Positions 15,600 through 24,059 of a stretch of DNA of 50,753 nucleotides are shown one piece after another. Source of the DNA: a virus (lineage: Duplodnaviria > Caudoviricetes). The notes under the pieces were generated by a model. The model was given only the letters and a program-made list of their open reading frames with translations. It made no database searches and was not told where the DNA came from. Position 1 is the stretch's first letter, and each line of letters opens with the position of its first letter. The translations under genes were made by a program, and so were the position numbers. The stretch lies in IMG/VR virus record IMGVR_UViG_3300049491_000401, positions 1 through 50,753 of that record. One strand, given 5' to 3'.

Positions 15600-16679
15600 A
15601 TGCTCAAATCGTGGATTGTGCGCCGGTATTCCGGGTACACGGCTGCCGGTGGATTCTGGCTGACTGTTGGGTTTGCCGTGCTCACAGTCGATATGGCTAT
15701 CGGATTCCTTGCTGGCACGGCGGTAGGGACGTTCTGGCACGGCGTTGGCTATGCTGCTCTTGCAGCCGGTTTCGCATTTTTGCCAGACGCTGCCTATGAA
15801 GAATTCGAGGGCGGCCGGTACATTGCGGCCGGTGTTGTCGCGCTTCTTTGCCTGCCTATCGGCATCAAGGCATACGAGCAACAGCTCACGTATAGCGCCG
15901 GTGTGCGCCACGGAGAAATGCAGTTGACCAGCGTCGTCAATCAGCGGTTCGATGGCGCGCAAGATGACGTGAAGCGCAACGCGGTCGAACTCGGCCTATT
16001 GCAGACGGTTCTCGCGAAACTCCAAGCCGATAACCCTTGGGCGACGAACGCCAAGGCAGATGGCTTGAAGCGCCAGCTAGCGGACCTCAACGACCGCATC
16101 GGCAAGGAAGAAAAAGGCCAGCGCGGCCGGAAGGCCGGCAAGGGCAAGGAATTCGAGCGATTGCAAGACGAGGCCAACGAAGTCGCGAAGCGGATAGCGA
16201 TGGTTGAGAAGGCCGACGAGACGCAGAAAAGAATCGAGTTCCTACAGTCAGCGATTGATAAAAAGCGCGTTGTCGCCAATACCTCAGAACATCGGCAGAG
16301 CATTAACGTTGATGTCGCCAAGACGACTGCGAAGCTCTTCAACGTGATGCGTGGCCAAAGCGCCGAAGACGCCATGAAGACTGACTCGGTTTCGGTCGAA
16401 TACGCGACGATGGGGAGTGCAAGCCTTGGTTCCCTCGCTCTGCTGCTGCTTGCTCCGGCCTCGATTTTCCTAGCTGGCCGTCGGCGCATCAAGGCAGGCA
16501 CAGACGACCTGCACCGATCGGGGACTCACGCAACGGCATCTAGCAACCAGTCTGCCCCGACCATCATCCACAGAACCGAACGTGTTGATGACACCAAGGC
16601 TCTCGACCTCGAGGCACGTCTCAACCGGCTCTGCAATTCTATTGGACCGGCGACCGCTCAATACAGGAATGCAGCATGA
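15600..16679 (+). CDS. Membrane protein with a long coiled coil
   Basis: Three N-terminal TM segments, coiled coil, one C-terminal TM; RBS AGGAGG. Confidence 0.75.
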   Translation: MLKSWIVRRYSGYTAAGGFWLTVGFAVLTVDMAIGFLAGTAVGTFWHGVGYAALAAGFAFLPDAAYEEFEGGRYIAAGVVALLCLPIGIKAYEQQLTYSAGVRHGEMQLTSVVNQRFDGAQDDVKRNAVELGLLQTVLAKLQADNPWATNAKADGLKRQLADLNDRIGKEEKGQRGRKAGKGKEFERLQDEANEVAKRIAMVEKADETQKRIEFLQSAIDKKRVVANTSEHRQSINVDVAKTTAKLFNVMRGQSAEDAMKTDSVSVEYATMGSASLGSLALLLLAPASIFLAGRRRIKAGTDDLHRSGTHATASSNQSAPTIIHRTERVDDTKALDLEARLNRLCNSIGPATAQYRNAA

Positions 16680-17152
16680 GTGAAGTACAAACGGTGCTAA
16701 AGCCCAAGCACGCAGGAGGCCGCCCGCCCATCTATCGGGTCGAGTTCTGCGAGCGCATTATCGAGTACGGGAAGATGGGCTACAGCCAAGCCCAAATGGC
16801 CGCTCAGCTCGACGTCTCGAAGCAAACAATCACCGATTGGGCCAAGCAGCATACGCTGTTTTCTGACGCTCTGACGCGGGCGCGCACGTTTTCTCAGTCG
16901 TGGTGGGAGGCGAAGGCTCAAGACGGACTGGAGAACAAGGATTTCAACGCAGGCCTCTGGGACAAATCAGTCAAAAGCCGGTTCCGCGAGGATTACACCG
17001 ACCGCACCGTCAACGAGATGGTGGGCAAAGACGGCGAGGAACTGAAGCTCGGCGATAGCAGCGATGCTGCGCGCGCGATTGCTTTCATGCTCGTGCGCGC
17101 GATTGGGCGGCAAGAAAAGGCTTCTGAGACGAAGTCTCGTTCTACGAAATGA
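16676..17152 (+). CDS. terS: Terminase small subunit
   Basis: GGRPPIY, HTH, WWE; precedes TerL. Confidence 0.85.
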   Translation: MSEVQTVLKPKHAGGRPPIYRVEFCERIIEYGKMGYSQAQMAAQLDVSKQTITDWAKQHTLFSDALTRARTFSQSWWEAKAQDGLENKDFNAGLWDKSVKSRFREDYTDRTVNEMVGKDGEELKLGDSSDAARAIAFMLVRAIGRQEKASETKSRSTK

Positions 17153-17186
17153 GAACCGCCCAGCGAGCCGCTGAAATGGTTTTCTA

Positions 17187-18818
17187 ATGTCCCTCAGTTT
17201 GGATGATATCATTGCCCGCCTCCAATCCATGCCGGAGGCCGAGCGCGATGAGGTTACGAAGCTCGCCAAGCAACATACAGCGCACATGCGCTGGATACCG
17301 AATCCAGGGCCGCAAACGCAGGCTTATGACTGTCAAGCGGATCAACTGCTCTACGGCGGCGAAGCGGGCGGCGGCAAGACGGACTTGATCCTCGGGCTCG
17401 CATCGCAAGAGCACAAGCGGTCGCTGCTCCTGCGCCGAGTCAACAAGGACGTGTCCTGGCTGGTCGACCGCATGGCGCAGATCCTTGAAACACGCCAGGG
17501 TTACAACGGCCAAGACGATCGCTGGACCTTCCCCGATGGCAAGGTGATCGATTTCTCAGGGTGTCAGCACCCGGGTGATGAGCAGCGCAACAAGGGACGC
17601 CCGAAGGATTTTATTGGCTTCGATGAGGCCACCGACTTTCTGGAGAGCCAAGTAGAGTTCATCATCGGCTGGCTGCGAACGACGGAAAAAGGCCAGCGGT
17701 GCCGGACGGTCTTCGCCACCAACCCGCCCACATCAGTCGAAGGCGAGTGGATTGTTCGATGGTTTGCCCCCTGGGTGGACCCAAGCCACCCGCTCTACCC
17801 TTACCCGACGGGTAAGCTGCTCTGGACATGTCGCGGGTTCGAGGATGCCTGGCTGTGGTTTGAAACGCCCCGCACGCTTCATGTCAACGGTCAGGAAGTT
17901 CGAGATGCGACGCCGGAAGAGGTAGCCGACCTCAAGAATCAGAACGTCCGCCGCACGACCTCACGGACGTTCATCCGGTCCGGCCTCAGCGATAACCCGG
18001 ACCTCGCCAACACGAACTACCGCAGCCAACTCGAGCTGATGCCCGAGGAGCTGCGCAACCGCTACCTCAAGGGCGATTTCACAGCCGGCGCCAATGATGA
18101 CGAGTTCCAAGTTATTCCGACCGAGTGGATACGCCTCGCGCAAGAGCGGTGGACCGAAGACGGCGGTGAGCGCATGGAGACGATGGGCGTTGACGTGGCC
18201 CAGGGCGGCAATGATAACACGGTGTTCGCGCCCCGATGGAAGGGCAAGAAGACGACCTATTGGGTCGACCGGCTGAAGAAATGGAAGGGTGTTGAGACGC
18301 CGGATGGCGCTTCCGTTGCCGGCCGCGTCCTGATGCACCTCAAGCATGCAGCTCAAGTGAATGTCGACATGGGCGGTGGCTGGGGCGGCTCCACTTACGA
18401 GAAGCTGAAAGAAGCGGAGTTCTCAGTCTATGGCTTTGTTCCATCCGAAGCGGCTCACGGCCGGACATCAGATGGCCGTCTCGGGTTCAAAAACAAGCGG
18501 GCTGAGGCCACATGGCGGGTCAGAGAACTGTTGAGTCCTGAAAGTGCGACCACCGTAGCGTTGCCTCCAGACCCACAATTGAGGGCTGATCTCGCGTCTT
18601 ACCGCTGGCGGCTCGTCAGCGGTGGCATCATTCAGATCGAAATGAAAGAGGACACCAAGAAGCGCATCGGGCGCTCTCCAGACGATGGAGACGCCGTCAT
18701 TCTCGCGCTCGCTACCGGCGACAAGCGCACGCAGCCGCGGCGCAATGATCCGCTGAACCATCAGATGCAGACCAAAGCCGTCTCTTCCAACCGCTACGCT
18801 ATGAGGCACAGACGCTAA
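17187..18818 (+). CDS. terL: Terminase large subunit
   Basis: YGGEAGGGKT Walker A, IGFDEA Walker B, ATNPP, GVDVAQGG, RSPDDGDA. Confidence 0.96.
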   Translation: MSLSLDDIIARLQSMPEAERDEVTKLAKQHTAHMRWIPNPGPQTQAYDCQADQLLYGGEAGGGKTDLILGLASQEHKRSLLLRRVNKDVSWLVDRMAQILETRQGYNGQDDRWTFPDGKVIDFSGCQHPGDEQRNKGRPKDFIGFDEATDFLESQVEFIIGWLRTTEKGQRCRTVFATNPPTSVEGEWIVRWFAPWVDPSHPLYPYPTGKLLWTCRGFEDAWLWFETPRTLHVNGQEVRDATPEEVADLKNQNVRRTTSRTFIRSGLSDNPDLANTNYRSQLELMPEELRNRYLKGDFTAGANDDEFQVIPTEWIRLAQERWTEDGGERMETMGVDVAQGGNDNTVFAPRWKGKKTTYWVDRLKKWKGVETPDGASVAGRVLMHLKHAAQVNVDMGGGWGGSTYEKLKEAEFSVYGFVPSEAAHGRTSDGRLGFKNKRAEATWRVRELLSPESATTVALPPDPQLRADLASYRWRLVSGGIIQIEMKEDTKKRIGRSPDDGDAVILALATGDKRTQPRRNDPLNHQMQTKAVSSNRYAMRHRR

Positions 18819-19021
18819 TGGGCATGTTTAAACCTTCGCAACCTGATCCGCGCCCTAAGGAGCCCGACGCCATCAGGCTGCCGTCTCCCGACGATCCCGA
18901 CATCATGGCCGCGCGCAAGCGCAAGTTGCAAGACACCATTGGCCGCGCCTCGGGACGGCAAAGTACGGACCTCACGTCGGGTGCGTCGCAAACGCCCTAC
19001 ACCAGGTCGTCGCTCGGCTGA
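18818..19021 (+). CDS. Small virion protein preceding the portal
   Basis: Pro-rich N-terminus, GRQST, LG terminus typical of this position. Confidence 0.75.
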   Translation: MGMFKPSQPDPRPKEPDAIRLPSPDDPDIMAARKRKLQDTIGRASGRQSTDLTSGASQTPYTRSSLG

Positions 19022-20718
19022 TGGCAGATGATAACGCGCTCGAGCTGCTGAAACGCGGCGACAAGCGCTTCGCCAAACGCGCGTCACTCGAATCCTTCTG
19101 GCAAGAGGTGATGCTCAATTTCATGCCCTGGCACGCCAGCTTCGGAACGGAGTTGATGTGGGGGGAGGACTTTGCGGCGCATCTCACGGACAACTCGCCG
19201 GGCCTACTCGCGCGTGATTTCGTCGGCCAGATCGGCGCCATGCTGCGCCCTCCGGGTAAGCAGTGGATGTGGCACAGGTCCAGCCGCGAAGAGGTCAACG
19301 ACGACAGCGAGTCTCGTGAATACCTGGACTGGCGCTCCAAGCAAATGATGCGGATCATGACCGATCGCGTCACGGGATTTCACGGGGCCTGCAAGACCGA
19401 CGATGAGTTCTTCGGTATGATCGGCAACAGCGTGTTGTCAGTCGATCTGAACGCCAAGCGTGACTCACTCCGGTTTTCAGCCTATCACGTCAAGGACGTG
19501 GTGTGGGCCATCGGGGCCGAGAACAAGCCTGACATTCTGACCCGAAAGGAGATGGTCCCTGCTCGCGTCGTGATGCAGCGGTTCCGGTTGCCCGGCGACA
19601 AACTGCACGCGAAAGTCAAGGAAGTCTACGACAAGGACCCCGACGCCGAGATTGAGATCCGTCACGAAGTGCTGCCCTGCGAGGACTATGACGCTTACAA
19701 CAAAAAAACGCCGGGCTTCGGCAAATACTGCTCTGTCTGGATCGACGTGTCCAATAAGCACGTCATGCGGGAAACCAAGCAGCAGACACTGCGCTATGTG
19801 GTGTCTGGCTGGGTGCGAATGCCGGGCTCGCCCTACGCGATCTCGCCGGCCACGACGATTGCACTTCCCGACGCCCGGCTGATCCAGCAGCAAGCTATCG
19901 CTATTCTCGAAGCAGCTGAGAAACAGGTCAATCCACCACTGATCGCGGCCGCAGATGCCATTCGCGGTGATATCCGCCTCGATAGCCTCGGGGTGACCTG
20001 GGTGGATCGCAGCTATGACGAGCGCTCAGGCGAGCCGTTGAGGGCCCTGGAACTGGGCAAGAATTTCCAATTGGGTGTGGACGCTCTGCTCCGCACCGAG
20101 AACCAACTGACACGAGCCTTTTATCTCGATACGCTGCGCATGCCGGACACGAGGTCGTCGCGCTCTGTCGAAGAGGTCCAATTCAAGATTGACGAATACG
20201 TGCGGGCAGCGTTGCCCCTGTTCGCCCCCATGCAGACCGAGAAGAACGAGGCGATGCTGTTTGAGGTCGATCAGCTCGTGGCTCTGACGGGCGGATACGA
20301 GGGCAGAACGCCCCCCAAGCAGCTCAAAGAGTCCGAGATCATCTTCGCCTGGGACAATCCGCTTTCCGACATGCTTGAGCGGCAGAAAGCTCAGAGGCTC
20401 GGCGAACTCTCGCAATTGGCGCAAACTAGCGCCGCTCTTGAGGCTGCCGCCATGCAGGCGCCGGCACTGAAGCAGATCAATGTCGGAAAGGCGTTTCGCG
20501 AAGCCGCTATCGGCATCGGCTCGGCAGGCTGGCTCTACACCGAGGAAGAATCTGTCGCCGAGGAGCTCAAACTGCACGAGGCGAATTCGGAGCAGGCCAT
20601 GGTCGCCGCGGCGCCGAACATTGCCCAGGTCATTGATAGTGGCGTCAACGCTGCTCAGGTGGCGACGACCATCCCCAATCAGGGCGAGCCAGGCTTTGCC
20701 CTGCCGATGCCAGCATGA
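19021..20718 (+). CDS. Portal (head-tail connector) protein
   Basis: 565 aa, W...GSPYAISPA..ALPDAR, AEKQVNPPL; position. Confidence 0.92.
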   Translation: MADDNALELLKRGDKRFAKRASLESFWQEVMLNFMPWHASFGTELMWGEDFAAHLTDNSPGLLARDFVGQIGAMLRPPGKQWMWHRSSREEVNDDSESREYLDWRSKQMMRIMTDRVTGFHGACKTDDEFFGMIGNSVLSVDLNAKRDSLRFSAYHVKDVVWAIGAENKPDILTRKEMVPARVVMQRFRLPGDKLHAKVKEVYDKDPDAEIEIRHEVLPCEDYDAYNKKTPGFGKYCSVWIDVSNKHVMRETKQQTLRYVVSGWVRMPGSPYAISPATTIALPDARLIQQQAIAILEAAEKQVNPPLIAAADAIRGDIRLDSLGVTWVDRSYDERSGEPLRALELGKNFQLGVDALLRTENQLTRAFYLDTLRMPDTRSSRSVEEVQFKIDEYVRAALPLFAPMQTEKNEAMLFEVDQLVALTGGYEGRTPPKQLKESEIIFAWDNPLSDMLERQKAQRLGELSQLAQTSAALEAAAMQAPALKQINVGKAFREAAIGIGSAGWLYTEEESVAEELKLHEANSEQAMVAAAPNIAQVIDSGVNAAQVATTIPNQGEPGFALPMPA

Positions 20719-20969
20719 AATCAAAGCAAGGTTGGCGGTCCCGGAAAATAAAATATCGCTTTAGGGGGCGGGCTATTAAGCCGGGACGAAGCGTACACCA
20801 AGCAAATCCAGCAATAAATAGAAGAGATCTATCGTCGAAGATCCGCGCATCCGCCTTGGGTAAAATTCGGCTGTGGCACGTAGATTGTTCGGGATTGGGG
20901 ACATGGAGGCGTTGGATGATGTTTGACGATCCGGCGATCAGTAGAATCAGGAATTTCATTAAGAAATGA
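20715..20969 (+). CDS. Basic low-GC inserted ORF
   Basis: ATGA overlaps at both ends; AT-rich. Confidence 0.45.
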   Translation: MKSKQGWRSRKIKYRFRGRAIKPGRSVHQANPAINRRDLSSKIRASALGKIRLWHVDCSGLGTWRRWMMFDDPAISRIRNFIKK

Positions 20970-21295
20970 AACGCGTCCCCGCCTACGCCTTCACGAAAGA
21001 AGAGGTCCAGATCCTCAAGGCCGCGTGGACCGAGACACACGCCCGGCTCGCGCTGAACCTCATCATTGATCGGATCTGCGGTGTGATGGGTAGCTCATTC
21101 GTGCCGGGCGACCCGCACGCCACCGCATTTCTTGAAGGCGTCCGCTGGCCAGCCCAGCAGATCGCCATCGCCATCAATACGCCGCTGGACAAACTGATAC
21201 AGGAACCACCGAATGAGTCTCCAGGAACCCCCGTCCTCACAGCAACCGAGCGCGCCGCCCGTGGCGCAGCCAACTACGCCCGCGCCAAGCGCTAG
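20966..21295 (+). CDS. Bbp19-like protein
   Basis: SFVPGDPHATAFLEG.R motif between portal and scaffold. Confidence 0.75.
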   Translation: MKRVPAYAFTKEEVQILKAAWTETHARLALNLIIDRICGVMGSSFVPGDPHATAFLEGVRWPAQQIAIAINTPLDKLIQEPPNESPGTPVLTATERAARGAANYARAKR

Positions 21296-22223
21296 CGCGC
21301 CGTCCGCTCCGGCGATTGGTGGCAGTGGAGCGGTCGCAACGCCACCGGCGCCGACGACGGGCCAGCCTACAACGCCGACCGACGACTGGCGACGGAGCAT
21401 GGCCGGTGACGACGCCAAGGCCATCGAGCGACTAGCCCGGTTCAAGACACCAGCCGATCTGTTCAAGAGCTACACCGAGGCCGAGGCCAAGCTGCGCACG
21501 CGCGCCGAACCGGTGAAGCTGGCCGAAAATGCCACGCCCGAACAAATCGCCGAATTCCGCAAGGCCCAAGGCGTGCCCGATGTGGCCGCCGATGCCACGC
21601 CCGACAAGTTCATGGATGCCTATGGGATCAAAATCCCCGATGGCATTCAGCTCGGCGAGGTCGAGAAGGGCATGCTCGGGGATTTTGCCAAGCAAATGCA
21701 CAGCGCCCACATGCCCCCGACGGCTGTGAAGCAGGCAACGGATTTCTGGTTCAAGGCTCAGGCCGCCAATGAGCAGGCTATCCGCCAGATCGACGTGGCC
21801 CGCGAGAAGGAATGGATACCCCAAGCCAAGGAGCTGATCGGCAAGGACTACGACGGGCTTGTGGCTGGCGCCAATGAATATCTGACGCAGATGGTGCCCG
21901 ACGAAGCGGCCCGCAATGAGATCCTGAATGCGCGCCTTCCCGGCGGTGGTCTGATCAGTGCGCACCCGGCCTTCATCCAGATCATGACGACGGCAGCCGC
22001 TCAAAATGGATTCACCGATCGCATCGAAGCGGCGTCGTTCGAGAGCAGCGGTAAATCGCTCGAACAGCAACAGCAGGAAATCGAGGCTCTGAACAACACA
22101 GACCGCGCCAAATACAACCTGCCGGCGATCCAAGCGAAGCTCACAAAGATCCTTGAGCTGCGCGTCAAGCGTGGCGAGTTGGATAATTACGGCCAGCCCC
22201 TACGGCAGCGCCGCACAGCCTAG
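21213..22223 (+). CDS. Capsid scaffolding protein
   Basis: Pro/Ala-rich N-terminus, DWR..., RFKTPADLFKSY.EAE; precedes the capsid gene. Confidence 0.8.
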   Translation: MSLQEPPSSQQPSAPPVAQPTTPAPSASAPSAPAIGGSGAVATPPAPTTGQPTTPTDDWRRSMAGDDAKAIERLARFKTPADLFKSYTEAEAKLRTRAEPVKLAENATPEQIAEFRKAQGVPDVAADATPDKFMDAYGIKIPDGIQLGEVEKGMLGDFAKQMHSAHMPPTAVKQATDFWFKAQAANEQAIRQIDVAREKEWIPQAKELIGKDYDGLVAGANEYLTQMVPDEAARNEILNARLPGGGLISAHPAFIQIMTTAAAQNGFTDRIEAASFESSGKSLEQQQQEIEALNNTDRAKYNLPAIQAKLTKILELRVKRGELDNYGQPLRQRRTA

Positions 22224-22230
22224 AGTCCAC

Positions 22231-22375
22231 GCGGTCAACCCGCTACCAGCGGCACCGCACGCCTACCGCGTACACAAGCCAACAGCGCGCCCCTGAACCG
22301 CACTCAAAGCGGCCCCGTTCCGACGGCCAACCCGCTTTTGCGCCTCTCAGGCCAACCGACGCCATAGGCAACCAG
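22231..22375 (+). promoter_or_regulatory. Structured leader of the capsid gene with repeated GGYCAACC motifs
   Basis: Two stem-loops with YCAAC internal loops plus two hairpin-CAACC units. Confidence 0.55.
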
Positions 22376-22406
22376 AAAGGACCAATTCAACAAAGGGAGT
22401 CTGATC

Positions 22407-23246
22407 ATGGCGATCGGCGAAGCAATTAAGTACCGAAACGAGTTCATCAACGGTTTCGCGCAGACGGTCTCGATCCTCGCTGACCGATCCGTTGATGAAG
22501 CAATGTCGATGGGGGCTGCCGCCGTTTTCGATGTGGCGGACCTGTCGGGAGATCTACCCGAGCGCGGCGTTGACGGCCGCCTGCCGCGACTGTCCTCGAA
22601 CGACACGCAGGTCACCTGCACGCTCAAGGAGTACGGCGGCACCTTCGAAGTCACCGACTTCGAAAAGTTCAAGTCGCAATCCGACGAGCGCGCCAAGAAC
22701 AACGCGAAAATTTATGCCCGCATCAATCGGCGTTTTGATCGCGTGTTGATCTCGGAACTCAACAACGCGACGACCCTCTGGAATACTGGCACGGCCATCA
22801 CGGTCGATATCGCCACGGTCCAGAAGATCATCGCCACGCTGGGACAGGCGCAAGTGCCGATCAGCCCCCAGGACGTGACGTGGGTGGTGACCCCACAGCT
22901 TCAAGGCAAGCTCATGGGTTTGCCTCAATACACCAGCGCGGATTGGGTTTCGGCCAAGCCGTTCGATGGCGGCTCAAACCAGTTCGCCAATCAGCGCAAG
23001 ATCAAGTCTTGGGCTGATATCGGCTGGGTGACGAGCCCGCTGTTGCCTGGCGTTGGCACCGCCACTGCAACGACTTTCCTGTATCATCGGTCGGCGCTCG
23101 GCTGCGCCAAACCCTCGAACCAGGTCATGTACACGGCCGGCTTCGACGATCAGCATCACTTCCACTACTGCTCAGGCACCGTGAAGGCCGCGGCCAAGGT
23201 CCTGCAGAATGGCGGAATCATCAAGGTCGTCACGAACGACGCCTAA
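22407..23246 (+). CDS. Major capsid protein
   Basis: Follows the scaffold; RBS GGGAG; INRRFDRVLI and HRSALG pattern of podophage HK97-fold capsids. Confidence 0.85.
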   Translation: MAIGEAIKYRNEFINGFAQTVSILADRSVDEAMSMGAAAVFDVADLSGDLPERGVDGRLPRLSSNDTQVTCTLKEYGGTFEVTDFEKFKSQSDERAKNNAKIYARINRRFDRVLISELNNATTLWNTGTAITVDIATVQKIIATLGQAQVPISPQDVTWVVTPQLQGKLMGLPQYTSADWVSAKPFDGGSNQFANQRKIKSWADIGWVTSPLLPGVGTATATTFLYHRSALGCAKPSNQVMYTAGFDDQHHFHYCSGTVKAAAKVLQNGGIIKVVTNDA

Positions 23247-23263
23247 GACAAGGAGAACTGAAC

Positions 23264-23563
23264 ATGGCCTATTCTACTGCTGGCCTGCGGCCGTATGGCG
23301 ATGGTGCTATCCGGTCGTGGGTACTCGATACCGTTGACACGGTCGCCACGGCCACAACCGGCAGCTACGTGACGGATGCCACGTCGTCATCGACGGCTGG
23401 CACGCCCGGTCGCGGCTTGTCGATCGGTGATCCCGTCTTGATTCGGGTCGTCGGTGCTATTCCAGTCAACGGCCAACCGCCTGCGACCTGCACAGACCAA
23501 GCCTGGGCGTTTGTGGGAACACTGAGCACGGTGACGGGCGCCGGCGCTCTGGTCGCCACCTAA
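23264..23563 (+). CDS. Probable capsid decoration protein
   Basis: Small, Thr/Gly-rich, strong RBS, directly after the capsid gene. Confidence 0.6.
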   Translation: MAYSTAGLRPYGDGAIRSWVLDTVDTVATATTGSYVTDATSSSTAGTPGRGLSIGDPVLIRVVGAIPVNGQPPATCTDQAWAFVGTLSTVTGAGALVAT

Positions 23564-23591
23564 TCCGATCTGACAGAAACAGGAGAGGCCA

Positions 23592-24059
23592 ATGACTGGC
23601 CTCTCCGATCTCATTGGAGAATTCATGGACCCCGTCTGCGCCTATCACGAAATTCAAGAAACGCCATCTGCCATCAAGCAGTGGTTTCACGTCGTCGCGC
23701 CGGGCACGACCTTCGAGCAGGCCACCGACTCGCGATACTGGCGCAACGTCTGGCAGATGCTCCAGAACAAGCAGCATTCGACCATCGATCTTGTGGCCGA
23801 TGATGGCTCGTGGGAGGCCAAGGTCCGCGTCCTCTATGTGGCAGATGGAATCGTTAAATTCAGGACGATCTATCACCTCGATCTTGCCAGCAAGGCCACC
23901 AAGGCCCTGGATGTTCCCCCCAAGTACCGGATCGAGCATCTCGCCAAATCCGGTTGGCGCGCGATCGACCCTGCTGGGACAGTCGTTGCCTCGAATGAGC
24001 CAACTAAGGACGACGCTATCCGCGCTGCCGCTCAGCACGCTCGTAAGGTGGCCGCCTGA
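23592..24059 (+). CDS. Hypothetical virion-module protein
   Basis: RBS AGGAG; operon context. Confidence 0.7.
   Translation: MTGLSDLIGEFMDPVCAYHEIQETPSAIKQWFHVVAPGTTFEQATDSRYWRNVWQMLQNKQHSTIDLVADDGSWEAKVRVLYVADGIVKFRTIYHLDLASKATKALDVPPKYRIEHLAKSGWRAIDPAGTVVASNEPTKDDAIRAAAQHARKVAA

Noticed and set aside
23200-23563. T7-style frameshift extension of the capsid protein
   Set aside because: No slippery sequence before the stop codon; the next gene has its own strong RBS
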